NCBI RefSeq assembly: GCF_009914755.1
Contig: NC_060933.1
Reading direction: 5' to 3' (one strand)
DNA from: the human T2T-CHM13v2.0 reference genome, Homo sapiens
DNA: 64,000 bases
Shown: piece by piece, positions 41,290 through 56,100 of the stretch
Numbering within the stretch: the stretch's first letter is position 1
How the letters are laid out: the number at the start of each line of letters is the position of its first letter
Position numbers and translations under genes: made by a program
The notes under the pieces: model-generated
Database searches by the model: none
The model's input: only the letters and a program-made list of their open reading frames with translations
Told to the model about the DNA's origin: nothing

Positions 41290-43570
41290 GAATGGAATCA
41301 ACCCGAGTAAAATGGAACGGAATGGAATGGAATGGAATGGAATGGAATGGAATGGAATGGAATGGAATCAACCCGAGTGCAATAGAATGGAGAGGAATGG
41401 AATGGAATGGAATGGAAACTACCCGAATGGAATGGAATGTAATGGAGTGTAAGGGAATTGAATAGAATCAATCCGAATGGAATGGAATGGAATGGAACGG
41501 AATGTAATGTAATGGAATGGAATGGAATCAACCCGAGTGCAGGGGAATGGAATGGAATGGAATGCAATGGAATGGAATCATCCGGAATGGAATGGAATGG
41601 AATGCAATGGAATGGAATGGAATGGAAACAACCAGAGTGCAATGGAATGGAGTGAAATGGAATGGAATAGAATGGGGACAACCAGAATGGATTGGAATAT
41701 AATGCAGTGTAAGGGAATTGAATAGAATCAATCAGAATGTAATGAAATGGAATGGAACGGAATGGAATGGAATGGAATGGAATGGAATGGAATGCAATGG
41801 AATGGAATCAACCCGAGTGCAATCGAATGGAATCGAATGGAATGGAATGCAATGGAATGGATTCAACTTGAATGGAATGGAAAGAATGGAATCAACACGA
41901 GTGGAATGGCATGGATTGGAATGGAATGGAATGGAATCAACCCGAGTACAGGGGAATGGAATGGAATGGAATGCAATGGAATGGAATCATCCGTAATGGA
42001 ATGGAAAGGAATGGAATGGAATGGAATGGAATGGAATGGAATGGAATGGAATGGAATGGAATGGAATCAACTCGATTGCAATGGAATGGAATGGAATGGA
42101 ATTAACCCGAATAGAATGGAATGGAATGGAATGGAACGGAACGGAATGGAATGGAATGGAATGGAATGGAATGGAATGGAACGGAACGGAATGGAATGGA
42201 ATGGAATGGAATGGAATGGAATCAACGCAAGTGCAGGGGAATGGAATGGAATGCAATGCAATGGAATGGAATCTTCCGGAATGGAATGGAATGGAATAAA
42301 ATGCAATGGATTCAACTCGATTGCAATGGAATGGAATAGAATGGAATGGAATGGAATGCAATGGAATTAATCGGAATAGAATGGAATGGAATGGAATGGA
42401 TCGGAATGGAACGGAATGGAATGGAATGGAATGGAATGGAATGGTATGGAATGGAATGGAATGGTACAGAATAGAATGGAATGGAACGAATTGTAATGGA
42501 ATGGAATTGAATGGAATGGAATGGAATGGAATGGAATCAACGCGAGTGCTGGGGAATGTAATGGAACGGAATGCAATGGAATGGAATCATCCGGAATGGA
42601 ATGGAATGGAATGGAATGGAATGGAATGGAACAACCCGAATGGAATGGAATGTAATGGAGAGTAAGGGAGTTGAATAGAATCAATCCGAATGTAATGGAA
42701 TGGAATGCAACGGAATGGAATGGAATGGAATGGAATGGAATGCAATGGAATTGAATCAACCCGAGTAAAATGGAACGGAATGGAATGGAATGGAATGGAA
42801 TGGAATGGAATGGAATGGAATGGAATCAACCCGAGTGCAATGGAATGGAGAGGAATGGAATGGAATGGAATGGAAACTACCCGAATGGAATGGAATGTAA
42901 TGGAGTGTAAGGGAATTGAATAGAATCAATCCGAATGGAATGGAATGGAATGGAACGGAATGTAATGTAATGGAATGGAATGGAATCAACCCGAGTGCAG
43001 GGGAATGGAATGGAATGGAATGCAATGGAATGGAATCATCCGGAATGGAATGGAATGGAATACAATGGAATGGAATGGAATGTTAACAACCAGAGTGCAA
43101 TGGAATGGAGTGAAATGGAATGGAATGGAATGGGGACAACCAGAATGGATTGGAATATCATGCAGTGTAAGGGAATTGAATAGAATCAATCTGAATGTAA
43201 TGAAATGGAATGGAACGGAATGGAATGGAATGGAATGGAATGGAATGGAATGGAATGGAATGGAATGGAATGCAATGGAATGGAATCAACCCGAGTGCAA
43301 TCGAATGGAATCGAATGGAATGGAATGCAATGGAATGGATTCAACTTGAATGGAATGGAAAGAATGGAATCAACACGAGGTGAATGGCATGGATTGGAAT
43401 GGAATGGAGTGGAATCAACCCGAGTATAGGGGAATGGAATGGAATGGAATGCAATGGAATGGAATCATCCGTAATGGAATGGAAAGGAATGGAATGGAAT
43501 GGAATGGAATGGAATGGAATGGAATGGAATGGAATCAACTCGATTGCAATCGAATGGAATGGAATGGAAT
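41290..43570 (-). repeat. ~0.8-kb segment duplicated at ~1.46-kb spacing
   Basis: Private variants ACCCGAGTAAAATGGAACGG at 41301/42759 and GGGGACAACCAG at 41674/43132, both offset 1458. ATGCAGTGTAAGG is present in both copies. Confidence 0.85.
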
Positions 43571-46500
43571 TAACCCGAATAGAATGGAATGGAATGGAAT
43601 GGAACGGAACAGAATGGAATGGAATGGAATGGAATGGAATGGAACAGAAAGGAAGGGAATGGAATGGAATAGAATGGAATGGAATGGAATCAACGCGAGT
43701 GCAGGGGAATGGAATGGAATGGAATGCAATGGAATGGAATCTTCCGGAATGGAATGGAATGGAATGGAATGGAATGGAATGGAATCAACCCGAGTGCAAT
43801 GGAATGGAGTGGAATGGAATGGAATGGAATGGAACAACCCGAATGGAATGGAATGTAATGGAGTGTAAGGGAGTTGAATAGAATCAATCCGAATGTAATG
43901 GAATGGAATGGAACGGAATGGAATTGAATGGAATGGAATGGAATGCAATGGAATGGAATCAACCCGAGTGCAATCGAATGGAATCGAATGGAATGGAATG
44001 CAATGAAATGGGTTCAACTTGAATGGAATGGAAAGAATGGAATCAACACGAGTGGAATGGCATGGATTGGAATGGAATGGAATGGAATCAACCCGAGTAC
44101 AGGGGAATGGAATGGAATGGAATGCAATGGAATGGAATCATCCGTAATGGAATGGAAAGGAATGGAATGGAATGGAATGGAATGGAATGGAATGGAATGG
44201 AATGGAATCAACTCGATTGCAATCGAATGGAATGGAATGGAATTAACCCGAATAGAATGGAATGGAATGGAATGGAACGGAACGGAATGGAATGGAATGG
44301 AATGGAATGCAATGGAACGGAACGGAATGGAATGGAATGGAATGGAATGGAATGGAATCAACGCGAGTGCAGGGGAATGGAATGGAATAGAATGCAATGG
44401 AATGGAATCTTCCGGAATGGAATGGAATGGAATGAAATGCAATGGATTCAACTCGATTGCAATGGAATGGAATAGAATGGAATGGAATGGAATGGAATGG
44501 AATTAATCCGAATAGAATGGAATGGAATGGAATGGATCGGAATGGAACGGAATGGAATGGAATGGAATGGAATGGAATGGTATGGAATGGAATGGAATGG
44601 TACGGAATAGAATGGAATGGAACGAATTGTAATGGAATGGATTTGAATGGAATGGAATGGAATCAACGCGAGTGCAGGGGAATGTAATGGAACGGAATGC
44701 AATGGAATGGAATCATCCGGAATGGAATGGAATGGAATGGAATGGAATGGAATGGAACAACCCGAATGGAATGGAATGTAATGGAGAGTAAGGGAGTTGA
44801 ATAGAATCAATCCGAATGTAATGGAATGGAATGCAACGGAATGGAATAGAATGGAATGGAATGGAATGCAATGGAATTGAATCAACCCGAGTACAATGGA
44901 ATGGAATGGAATGATACGGAATAGAATGGAATGGAACGAAATGGAATGGAATGGAATGGAATGGAATGGAATGGAATCGAATGGAATGGAATCGTTCCGA
45001 GTGGAATAGGAGGGAATGTATTCGAGTGGAATGGAAAGGAGTGGTATCAACCAGAGTGGAATGGAAGGGAATGGAATGGAATGGAAACTAATAGAATGGA
45101 ATCAACCCGAGTGGAATGGAATGGAAACGACTGGAATGCAATGGAATGGAATGGAATCAACTCGATTGTAATGGAATGGAATGGAATGGAATGGAATGGA
45201 ATGGAATGGAATGGAATTAACCCGAATACAATGGAATGGAATGGAATGGAACGGAATGGAGTGGAATGGAATGGAATCAACCCGAGTGCAGGGGAATGGA
45301 ATGGAATGGAATGCAATGGAATGGAATCATCCAGAATGGAATGGAATGGAATGGAATGCAAAGCAATGGAATCAACTCGATTGCAATGGAATGGAATGGA
45401 ATGGAAAGGAATACATTGGAATCAACCCGAGTGGAATGGAATGGAAAGGACTGGAATGGAGTGGAATGGAATGGAATGGAATGGAATGGAATGGAATCAA
45501 CTCGATTGGAATGGAATGGAATGGAATGGAATGGAATTAACCCGAATAGAATGGAATGGAATGGAATGGAACGGAACGGAATGGAATGGAATGGAATGGA
45601 ATGGAATGGAATGGAATCAACCCGACTGCAGGGGAATGGAATGGAATGGAATGGAATGGAAACAACCAGAATGGATTGGAATATAATGGAGTGTAAGGGA
45701 ATTGAATAGAATCAATGTGAATGTAATGCAATGGAATGGAACGGAGTGGAATGGAATGGAATGGAATGGAATGGAATGGAATGCAATAGAATGGAATCAA
45801 CCCGAGTTCAGTCGAATGGAATCGAATGGAATGGAATGCAATGAAATGGATTCAACTTGAATGGAAAGGAAAGAATGGAATCAACACGAGTGGAATGGCA
45901 TGGATTGGAATGGAATGGAATCGAATCAACCCGAGTACAGGGGAAGGGAATGGAATGGAATGCAATGGAATGGAATCATCAGTAATGGAATGGAAAGTAA
46001 TGGAAAGGACTGGAATGGAATGGAATGGAATGGAATGGAATGGAATGGAATGGAATCAACTCGATTGCAATGGAATGGAATGGAATGGAATGGAATTAAC
46101 CCGAATAGAAAGGAATGGAATGGAATGGAACGGAACGGAATGGAATGGAATGGAATGGAATGGAACGAAAGGGAATGGAATGGAATGGAATGGAACGGAA
46201 TGGAATGGAATGGAATCAATACGAGTGCAGGGGAATGGAATGGAATCGAAAGGAATGGAAAGGAATGGAATGGAATCAACCCGAGTGCAGGAGAATGTAA
46301 TGGAACGGAATGCAGTGGAATGGAATCATCCGGAATGGAATGGAATGGAATGGAAGGGAATCAACCCGAGTGCAATGGAATGGAGTGGAATGGAATGGAA
46401 TGGAATGGAACAACCCGAATGGAATGGAATGGAATGGAGAGTGAGGGAGTTGAAAAGAATCAATCCGAATGTAATGGAATGGAATGGAACGGAATGGAAT

Positions 46501-49500
46501 GGAATGGAATGGAATGGAATGGAATGCAATGGAATGGAATCAACCTGAGTACAATGGAATGGAATGGAATGGAATGGAATGGAATGGAATGCAATGGAAT
46601 GGAATCTTCCGGAATTGAATGGAATGGAATGGAATGGAATGGAATGGAATGCAATGGATTCCCCTCGATTGCAATGGAATGGAATAGAATGGAATGGAAT
46701 GGAATGGAATGGAATTAAACCGAATAGAATGGAATGGAATGGAATGGAACGGAACGGAACGGAACGGAACGGAACGGAGTGGAATGGAATGGAATGGAAT
46801 TGTATGGAATGGAATGGCATGGTACGGAATAGAATGGAATGGAAAGAATTGGAATGGAATGGAATCGAATGGAATGGAATGGAATGGAATGGAATCAACC
46901 CGAGTGCAGGGGAATGGAATGGAATGGAATGCAATGGAATGGAATCATCCATAATGGAATGGAAAGGAATGGAATGGAATGGAATGGAATGGAATGGAGT
47001 GGAACCAACTCGATTGCAATCGAATGGAATGGAACGGAATTAACCCGAATAGAATGGAATGGAATGGAATGGAACGGAACGGAATGGAATGGAATGGAAT
47101 GGAAGGGAATGGAACGGAAAGGAAGGGAATGGAATGGAATAGAATGGAATGGAATGGAATCAACGCGAGTGCAGGGGAATGGAATGGAATGGAATGCAAT
47201 GGAATGGAATCTTCCGGAATGGAATGGAATGGAATGGAATCAACCCGAGTGCAATGGAATGGAGTGGAATTGAATCGAATGGAATGGAACAACCCGAATG
47301 GAATGGAATGTAATGGAGAGTAAGGGAGTTGAATAGAATCAATCCGAATGTAATGGAATGGAATGGAACGGAATGGAATTGAATGGTATGGAATGGAATG
47401 TAATGGAATGGAATCAACCCGAATGCAGTGGAATGGAGAGGAATGCAATGGAATGGAATGGAAACTACCCGAATGGAATGGAATGTAATGGAGTGTAACG
47501 GAATTGAATAGAATCAATCGGAATGTAATGGAATGGAATGGAAGGGAACGGAATGGAATGGAATGGAATGGAATGGAATGGAATGCAATGGCATGGAATC
47601 AACCCGAGTGCAATCGAATGGAATCGAATGGAATGGAATGCAATGGAATGGATTCAACTTGAATGGAATGGAAAGAATGGAATCAACACGAGTGGAATGG
47701 CATGGATTGGAATGGAATGGAATGGAAACAACCCGAGTACAGGAGAATGGAATGGAATGGAATGCAATGGAATGGAATGGAATGGAATGGAATGGAATCA
47801 ACTCGATTGCAATCGAATGGAATGGAATGGAATTAACCCGAATAGAATGGAATGGAATGGAATGGAACGGAACAGAATGGAATGGAATGGAATGGAATGG
47901 AATGGAATGGAACGGAAAGGAAGGGAATGGAATGGAATAGAATGGAATGGAATGGAATCAACGCGAGTGCAGGGGAATGGAATGGAATGGAATGCAATGG
48001 AATGGAATCTTCCGGAATGGAATGGAATGGAATGGAATGGAATGGAATGGAATCAACCCGAGTGCAATGGAATGGAGTGGAATGGAATGGAATGGAATGG
48101 AACAACCTGAATGGAATGGAATGGAATGGAGTGTAAGGGAGTTGAATAGAATCAATCCGAATGTAATGGAATGGAATGGAACGGAATGGAACTGAATGGA
48201 ATGGAATGGAATGCAATGGAATGGAATCAACCCGAGTGCAATGGAATGGAGAGGAATGGAATGGAATGGAATGGAAACTACCCGAATGGAATGGAATGTA
48301 ATGGAGTGTAAGGGAATTGAATAGAATCAATCCGAATGTAATGGAATGGAATGGAACGGAATGGAATGGAATGGAATGGAATGGAATGGAATGCAATGGA
48401 ATGGAATCAACCCGAGTGCAATCGAATGGAATCGAATGGAATGGAATGCAATGGAATGGGTTCAACTTGAATGGAATGGAAAGAATGGAATCAACACGAG
48501 TGGAATGGCATGGATTGGAATGGAATGGAATGGAATCAACCCGAGTACAGGGGAATGGAATGGAATGGAATGCAATGGAATGGAATCATCCGTAATGGAA
48601 TGGAAAGGAATGGAATGGAATGGAATGGAATGGAATGGAATGGAATGGAATGGAATCAACTCGATTGCAATCGAATGGAATGGAATGGAATTAACCCGAA
48701 TAGAATGGAATGGAATGGAATGGAACGGAACGGAATGGAATGGAATGGAATGGAATGCAATGGAACGGAACGGAATGGAATGGAATGGAATGGAATGGAA
48801 TGGAATCAACGCGAGTGCAGGGGAATGGAATGGAATAGAATGCAATGGAATGGAATCTTCCGGAATGGAATGGAATGGAATGAAATGCAATGCATTCAAC
48901 TCGATTGCAATGGAATGGAATAGAATGGAATGGAATGGAATGGAATGGAATTAATCCGAATAGAATGGAATGGAATGGAATGGATCGGAATGGAACGGAA
49001 TGGAATGGAATGGAATGGAATGGAATGGTATGGAATGGAATGGAATGGTACGGAATAGAATGGAATGGAACGAATTGTAATGGAATGGATTTGAATGGAA
49101 TGGAATGGAATCAACGCGAGTGCAGGGGAATGTAATGGAACGGAATGCAATGGAATGGAATCATCCAGAATGGAATGGAATGGAATGGAATGGAATGGAA
49201 TGGAACAACCCGAATGGAATGGAATGTAATGGAGAGTAAGGGAGTTGAATAGAATCAATCCGAATGTAATGGAATGGAATGCAACGGAATGGAATAGAAT
49301 GGAATGGAATGGAATGCAATGGAATTGAATCAACCCGAGTACAATGGAATGGAATGGAATGATACGGAATAGAATGGAACGGAACGAAATGGAATGGAAT
49401 GGAATGGAATGGAATGGAATGGAATCGAATGGAATGGAATCGTTCCGAGTGGAATAGGAGGGAATGTATTCGAGTGGAATGGAAAGGAGTGGTATCAACC

Positions 49501-52310
49501 AGAGTGGAATGGAAGGGAATGGAATGGAATGGAAACTAATAGAATGGAATCAACCCGAGTGGAATGGAATGGAAACGACTGGAATGCAATGGAATGGAAT
49601 GGAATCAACTCGATTGTAATGGAATGGAATGGAATGGAATGGAATGGAATGGAATGGAATGGAATTAACCCGAATACAATGGAATGGAATGGAATGGAAC
49701 GGAATGGAGTGGAATGGAATGGAATCAACCCGAGTGCAGGGGAATGGAATGGAATGGAATGCAATGGAATGGAATCATCCAGAATGGAATGGAATGGAAT
49801 GGAATGCAAAGCAATGGAATCAACTCGATTGCAATGGAATGGAATGGAATGGAAAGGAATACATTGGAATCAACCCGAGTGGAATGGAATGGAAAGGACT
49901 GGAATGGAGTGGAATGGAATGGAATGGAATGGAATGGAATGGAATCAACTCGATTGGAATGGAATGGAATGGAATGGAATGGAATTAACCCGAATAGAAT
50001 GGAATGGAATGGAATGGAACGGAACGGAATGGAATGGAATGGAATGGAATGGAATGGAATCAACCCGACTGCAGGGGAATGGAATGGAATGGAATGGAAT
50101 GGAAACAACCAGAATGGATTGGAATATAATGGAGTGTAAGGGAATTGAATAGAATCAATGTGAATGTAATGCAATGGAATGGAACGGAATGGAATGGAAT
50201 GGAATGGAATGGAATGGAATGGAATGCAATAGAATGGAATCAACCCGAGTTCAGTCGAATGGAATCGAATGGAATGGAATGCAATGAAATGGATTCAACT
50301 TGAACGGAAAGGAAAGAATGGAATCAACACGAGTGGAATGGCATGGATTGGAATGGAATGGAATCGAATCAACCCGAGTACAGGGGAAGGGAATGGAATG
50401 GAATGCAATGGAATGGAATCATCAGTAATGGAATGGAAAGGAATGGAAAGGACTGGAATGGAATGGAATGGAATGGAATGGAATGGAATCAACTCGATTG
50501 CAATGGAATGGAATGGAATGGAATGGAATTAACCCGAATAGAAAGGAATGGAATGGAATGGAACGGAACGGAATGGAATGGAATGGAATGGAATCGAACG
50601 AAAGGGAATGGAATGGAATGGAATGGAACGGAATGGAATGGAATGGAATCAATACGAGTGCAGGGGAATGGAATGGAATCGAAAGGAATGGAAAGGAATG
50701 GAATGGAATCAACCCGAGTGCAGGAGAATGTAATGGAACGGAATGCAGTGGAATGGAATCATCCGGAATGGAATGGAATGGAATGGAAGGGAATCAACCC
50801 GAGTGCAATGGAATGGAGTGGAATGGAATGGAATGGAATGGAACAACCCGAATGGAATGGAATGGAATGGAGAGTGAGGGAGTTGAAAAGAATCAATCCG
50901 AATGTAATGGAATGGAATGGAACGGAATGGAATGGAATGGAATGGAATGGAATGGAATGCAATGGAATGGAATCAACCTGAGTACAATGGAATGGAATGG
51001 AATGGAATGGAATGGAATGGAATGGAATGCAATGGAATGGAATCTTCCGGAATTGAATGGAATGGAATGGAATGGAATGGAATGGAATGCAATGGATTCA
51101 CCTCGATTGCAATGGAATGGAATAGAATGGAATGGAATGGAATGGAATGGAATTAAACCGAATAGAATGGAATGGAATGGAATGGAACGGAACGGAACGG
51201 AACGGAACGGAACGGAGTGGAATGGAATGGAATGGAATTGTATGGAATGGAATGGCATGGTACGGAATAGAATGGAATGGAAAGAATTGGAATGGAATGG
51301 AATCGAATGGAATGGAATGGAATGGAATGGAATCAACCCGAGTGCAGGGGAATGGAATGGAATGGAATGCAATGGAATGGAATCATCCATAATGGAATGG
51401 AAAGGAATGGAATGGAATGGAATGGAATGGAATGGAGTGGAACCAACTCGATTGCAATCGAATGGAATGGAACGGAATTAACCCGAATAGAATGGAATGG
51501 AATGGAATGGAACGGAACGGAATGGAATGGAATGGAATGGAAGGGAATGGAACGGAAAGGAAGGGAATGGAATGGAATAGAATGGAATGGAATGGAATCA
51601 ACGCGAGTGCAGGGGAATGGAATGGAATGGAATGCAATGGAATGGAATCTTCCGGAATGGAATGGAATGGAATGGAATCAACCCGAGTGCAATGGAATGG
51701 AGTGGAATTGAATCGAATGGAATGGAACAACCCGAATGGAATGGAATGTAATGGAGAGTAAGGGAGTTGAATAGAATCAATCCGAATGTAATGGAATGGA
51801 ATGGAACGGAATGGAATTGAATGGTATGGAATGGAATGTAATGGAATGGAATCAACCCGAATGCAGTGGAATGGAGAGGAATGCAATGGAATGGAATGGA
51901 AACTACCCGAATGGAATGGAATGTAATGGAGTGTAACGGAATTGAATAGAATCAATCGGAATGTAATGGAATGGAATGGAAGGGAACGGAATGGAATGGA
52001 ATGGAATGGAAGGGAATGGAATGCAATGGCATGGAATCAACCCGAGTGCAATCGAATGGAATCGAATGGAATGGAATGCAATGGAATGGATTCAACTTGA
52101 ATGGAATGGAAAGAATGGAATCAACACGAGTGGAATGGCATGGATTGGAATGGAATGGAATGGAAACAACCCGAGTACAGGAGAATGGAATGGAATGGAA
52201 TGCAATGGAATGGAATGGAATGGAATGGAATGGAATCAACTCGATTGCAATCGAATGGAATGGAATGGAATTAACCCGAATAGAATGGAATGGAATGGAA
52301 TGGAACGGAA
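43530..52310 (-). repeat. Near-identical ~4.44-kb tandem duplication
   Basis: Private variants are shared at nearly constant offset: GTGGTATCAACCAG at 45041/49489 (4448), CCCGAGTTCAGTCG at 45801/50244 (4443) and GGAACCAACT at 47001/51439 (4438). Many artefact ORFs are identical at these offsets. Confidence 0.93.
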
Positions 52311-54342
52311 CGGAACGGAACGGAATGGAATGGAATGGAATGGAATGGAATGGAACGGAACGGAATGGAATGGAAAGGAATGGAATGCAATTGAAAGGAA
52401 TAAACGCGAGAGCAGGGGAATGGAATGGAATGGAATGCAATGGAATGGAATCTTCCCGAATGGAATGGAATGGAATGGAATGGAATGGAATGGAATGGAA
52501 TGCAACGGATTCAACTCGATTGCAATGGAATGGAATAGAATGGAATGGAATGGAATTAACCCGAATAGAATGGAATGCAATGGAATGGAACGGAACGGTA
52601 CGGAACGGAACGGAACGGAATGGAATGGAATGGAATGGAATGGAATGGAATTGTATGGAATGGAATGGAATGGTACGGAATAGAATGGAATGGAAGGAAT
52701 TGGAATGGAATGGAATCGAATGGAATGGAATGGAATGGAATGGAATCAACCCGAGTGCAGGGGAATGTAATGGAACGGAATGCAATGGAATGGAATCACC
52801 CGGAATGGAATGGAATGGAATGGAATGCAATGGAATGGAATGGAATGGAATCAACCCGAGTGCAATGGAATGGAGTGGAATGGAATGGAATGGATTGGAA
52901 CAACCCGAATGGAATGGAATGTAATGGAGAGTAAGGGAGTTGAATAGAATCAATCCGAATGTAATGGAATGGAACGGAATGGAATGGAATGGAATGGAAT
53001 GGAATGGAATGGAATGCAATGGAATCCAATGGAATGGAATCAACCCGAGTACAATGGAATGGAATGGAATGGAATGGAATGGAATCAACCCGAGTGCAAT
53101 GGAATGGAGAGGAATGGAATGGAATGGAATGGAATGGAAACTACCCAAATGGAATGGAATGTAATGGAGTGTAAGGGAATTGAATAGAATCAATCCGAAT
53201 GGAATGGAATGGAATGGAACGGAATGTAATGGAATGGAATGGAATGGAATCAACCAGAGTGCAGGGGAATGGAATGGAATGGAATGCAATGGAATGGAAT
53301 CATCCGGAATGGAATGGAATGGAATGCAATGGAATGGAATGGAATGGAATCAACCCGAGTGCAATGGAATGGAGAGGAATGGAATGGAATGGAATGGAAA
53401 CTACCCGAATGGAATCGAATGTAATATAGTGTAAGGGAATTGAATAGAATCAATCCAAATGTAATGGAATGGAATGGAACGGAATGGAATGGAATGGAAT
53501 GGAATGGAACGGAATGGAATGCAATGGAATGGAATCAACCCGAGTACAATCGAATGGAATCGAATTGAATGGAATGCAATGGAATGGATTCAACTTGAAT
53601 GGAATGGAAAGAATGGAATCAACACGAGTGGAATGGCATGGATTGGAATGGAATGGAATGGAATCAACCCGAGTACAGGGGAATGGAATGGAATGGAATG
53701 CAATGGAATGGAATCATCAGTAATGGAATGGAAAGGAATGGAATGGAATGGAATGAACTCGATTGCAATCGAATGGAATGGAATGGAATTAACCCGAATA
53801 GAATGGAATGGAATGGAAAGGAACGGAATGGAACGGAATGGAATGGAATGGAATGGAATGGAATGGAATGGAATGGAATCAACGCGAGTGCACGGGAATG
53901 GAATGGAATGGAATGCAAAGGGATGGAATCTTCCGGAATGGAATGGGATGGAATGGAATGGAATGCAATGGATTCAACTCGATTGCAATGGAATGGAATA
54001 GAATGGAATGGAATGGAATGGAATGGAATTAACCCTAATAGAATGGAATGGAATGGAATGGAACGGAATGGAACGGAACGGAATGGAATGGAATGGAATG
54101 GAATGGTATGGAATGGAATGGAATGGTACGGAATAGAATGGAATGGAACGAATTGGAATGGAGTGGAATTGAATGGAATGGAATGGAATGGAATGGAATC
54201 AACGCTAGTGCAGGGGAATGTAATAGAATGGAATGCAATGGAATGGAATCATCCGGAATAGAATGCAATGGAATGGAGTGGAATGGAATCAACCCGAGTG
54301 CAATGGAATGGAGTGGAATGGAATGGAATGGAATGGAACAAC

Positions 54343-54449
54343 CCGAATGGAATGGAATGTAATGGAGAGTAAGGGAGTTGAATAGAATCAATCCGAATGG
54401 AATGGAATGTAATTGAGAGTAAGGGAGTTGAATAGAATCAATCCGAATG
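54343..54449 (-). repeat. 50-bp direct duplication of the GAGAGTAAGGGAGTTG module
   Basis: CCGAATGGAATGGAATGTAAT(G/T)GAGAGTAAGGGAGTTGAATAGAATCAAT occurs twice in tandem, starting at 54343 and 54393. Confidence 0.9.
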
Positions 54450-55249
54450 TAATGGAATGGAATGGAACGGAATGGAATTGAATGGAATGGAATGGAATGC
54501 AATGGAAAGGAATCAACCCGATTACAATGGAATGAAATGGAATGGAATGGAATGGAATTGAATGGAATGGAATGGCTTCAAACCGAATGGAATGGAAAGG
54601 AATGGAATCAACTCGAGTGGAATGGAATGGAATGGAATGGAATGGAATGGAATGGAATGGTACGGAATAGAATGGAATGGAACGAAATGGAATGGAATGG
54701 AATGGAATGGAATGGAATGGAATGGAATGGAATGGAATGGAATGGAATCAACTCGATTGCAATCGAATGGAATGGAATGGAATTAACCCGAATAGAATGG
54801 AATGGAATGGAATGGAACGGAATGGAATGGAATGGAATGGAATGGAATGGAATGGAATGGAACGGAAAGGAATGGAATGGAATGGAGTGGAATGGAATGG
54901 AATGGAATGGAATCAACGCGAGTGCAGGGGAATGGATTGGAATGGAATGCAATGGAATGGAATCTTCCGGAATGGAATGGAATAGAATGGAATAGAATGG
55001 AATCAACCCGAGTGCAATGGAATGGAGTGGAATGGAATGGAATGGAATGGAACAACCCGAATGGAATGGAATGGAATGGAGAGTAAGGGAGTTGAATAGA
55101 ATCAATGCGAATGTAATGGAATGGTATGGAACGGAATGGAATTGAATGGAATGGAATGGAATGGAATGGATTCAACAAGAATGGAATGGAAAGGAATGGA
55201 ATCAACCCGAGTGTAATGGCATGGAATGGAATGGAATGGAATGGGATGG

Positions 55250-56100
55250 AATGGAATGGTACGGAATAGAATGGAATGGAATGAAATGGAATGGAATGGA
55301 ATGGAATGCAATGGAATGGAATGGATTGGAATGGAATGAACCCGTGTGCAATGTAATGTAATGGAATGGAATGGAATGGATTCAACTCGAAAGGAATCAA
55401 CTCGATTGCAATGGAATGGAATGGAGTGGAAAGGAATAGAATGGAATCAACCCGAGTGGAATGGAATGGAAAGGACTGGAACGGAGTGGAGTGGAATGGA
55501 ATGGAATGGAATCAAATCGATTGGAATGGAATGGAATGGAATGGAATGGAATGGAATGGAATGGAATCAACTCGATTGCAATGGAATGGAATGGAATGGA
55601 AAGGAATAGAATGGAATCAACCCGAGATGAATGGAATGGAAAGGACTGGAATGGAGTGGAATGGAATGGTACGGAATAGAATGGAATGGAATGAAATGGA
55701 ATGGAATGGAATGGAATGGAATGGAATGGAATGGATTGGAATGGAATGAACCCGTGTGCAATGTAATGTAATGGAATGGAATGGAATGGATTCAACTCGA
55801 AAGGAATCAACTCGATTGCAATGGAATGGAATGGAATGGAAAGGAATAGAATGGAATCAACCCGAGTGGAATGGAATGGAAAGGACTGGAATGGAGTGGA
55901 GTGGAATGGAATGGAATGGAATCAAATCGATTGGAATGGAATGGAATGGAATGGAATGGAATGGAATGGAATGGAATCAACTCGATTGCAATGGAATGGA
56001 ATGGAATGGAAAGGAATAGAATGGAATCAACCCGAGATGAATGGAATGGAAAGGACTGGAATGGAGTGGAATGGAATGGAATGGAATGGAATCAAATCGA
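55250..56100 (-). repeat. 410-bp tandem duplication containing an internal ~170-bp repeat
   Basis: CCCGTGTGCA at 55341/55751, TTCAACTCGAAAGG at 55381/55791 and CCCGAGATGA at 55621/56031, all offset 410. Confidence 0.92.
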
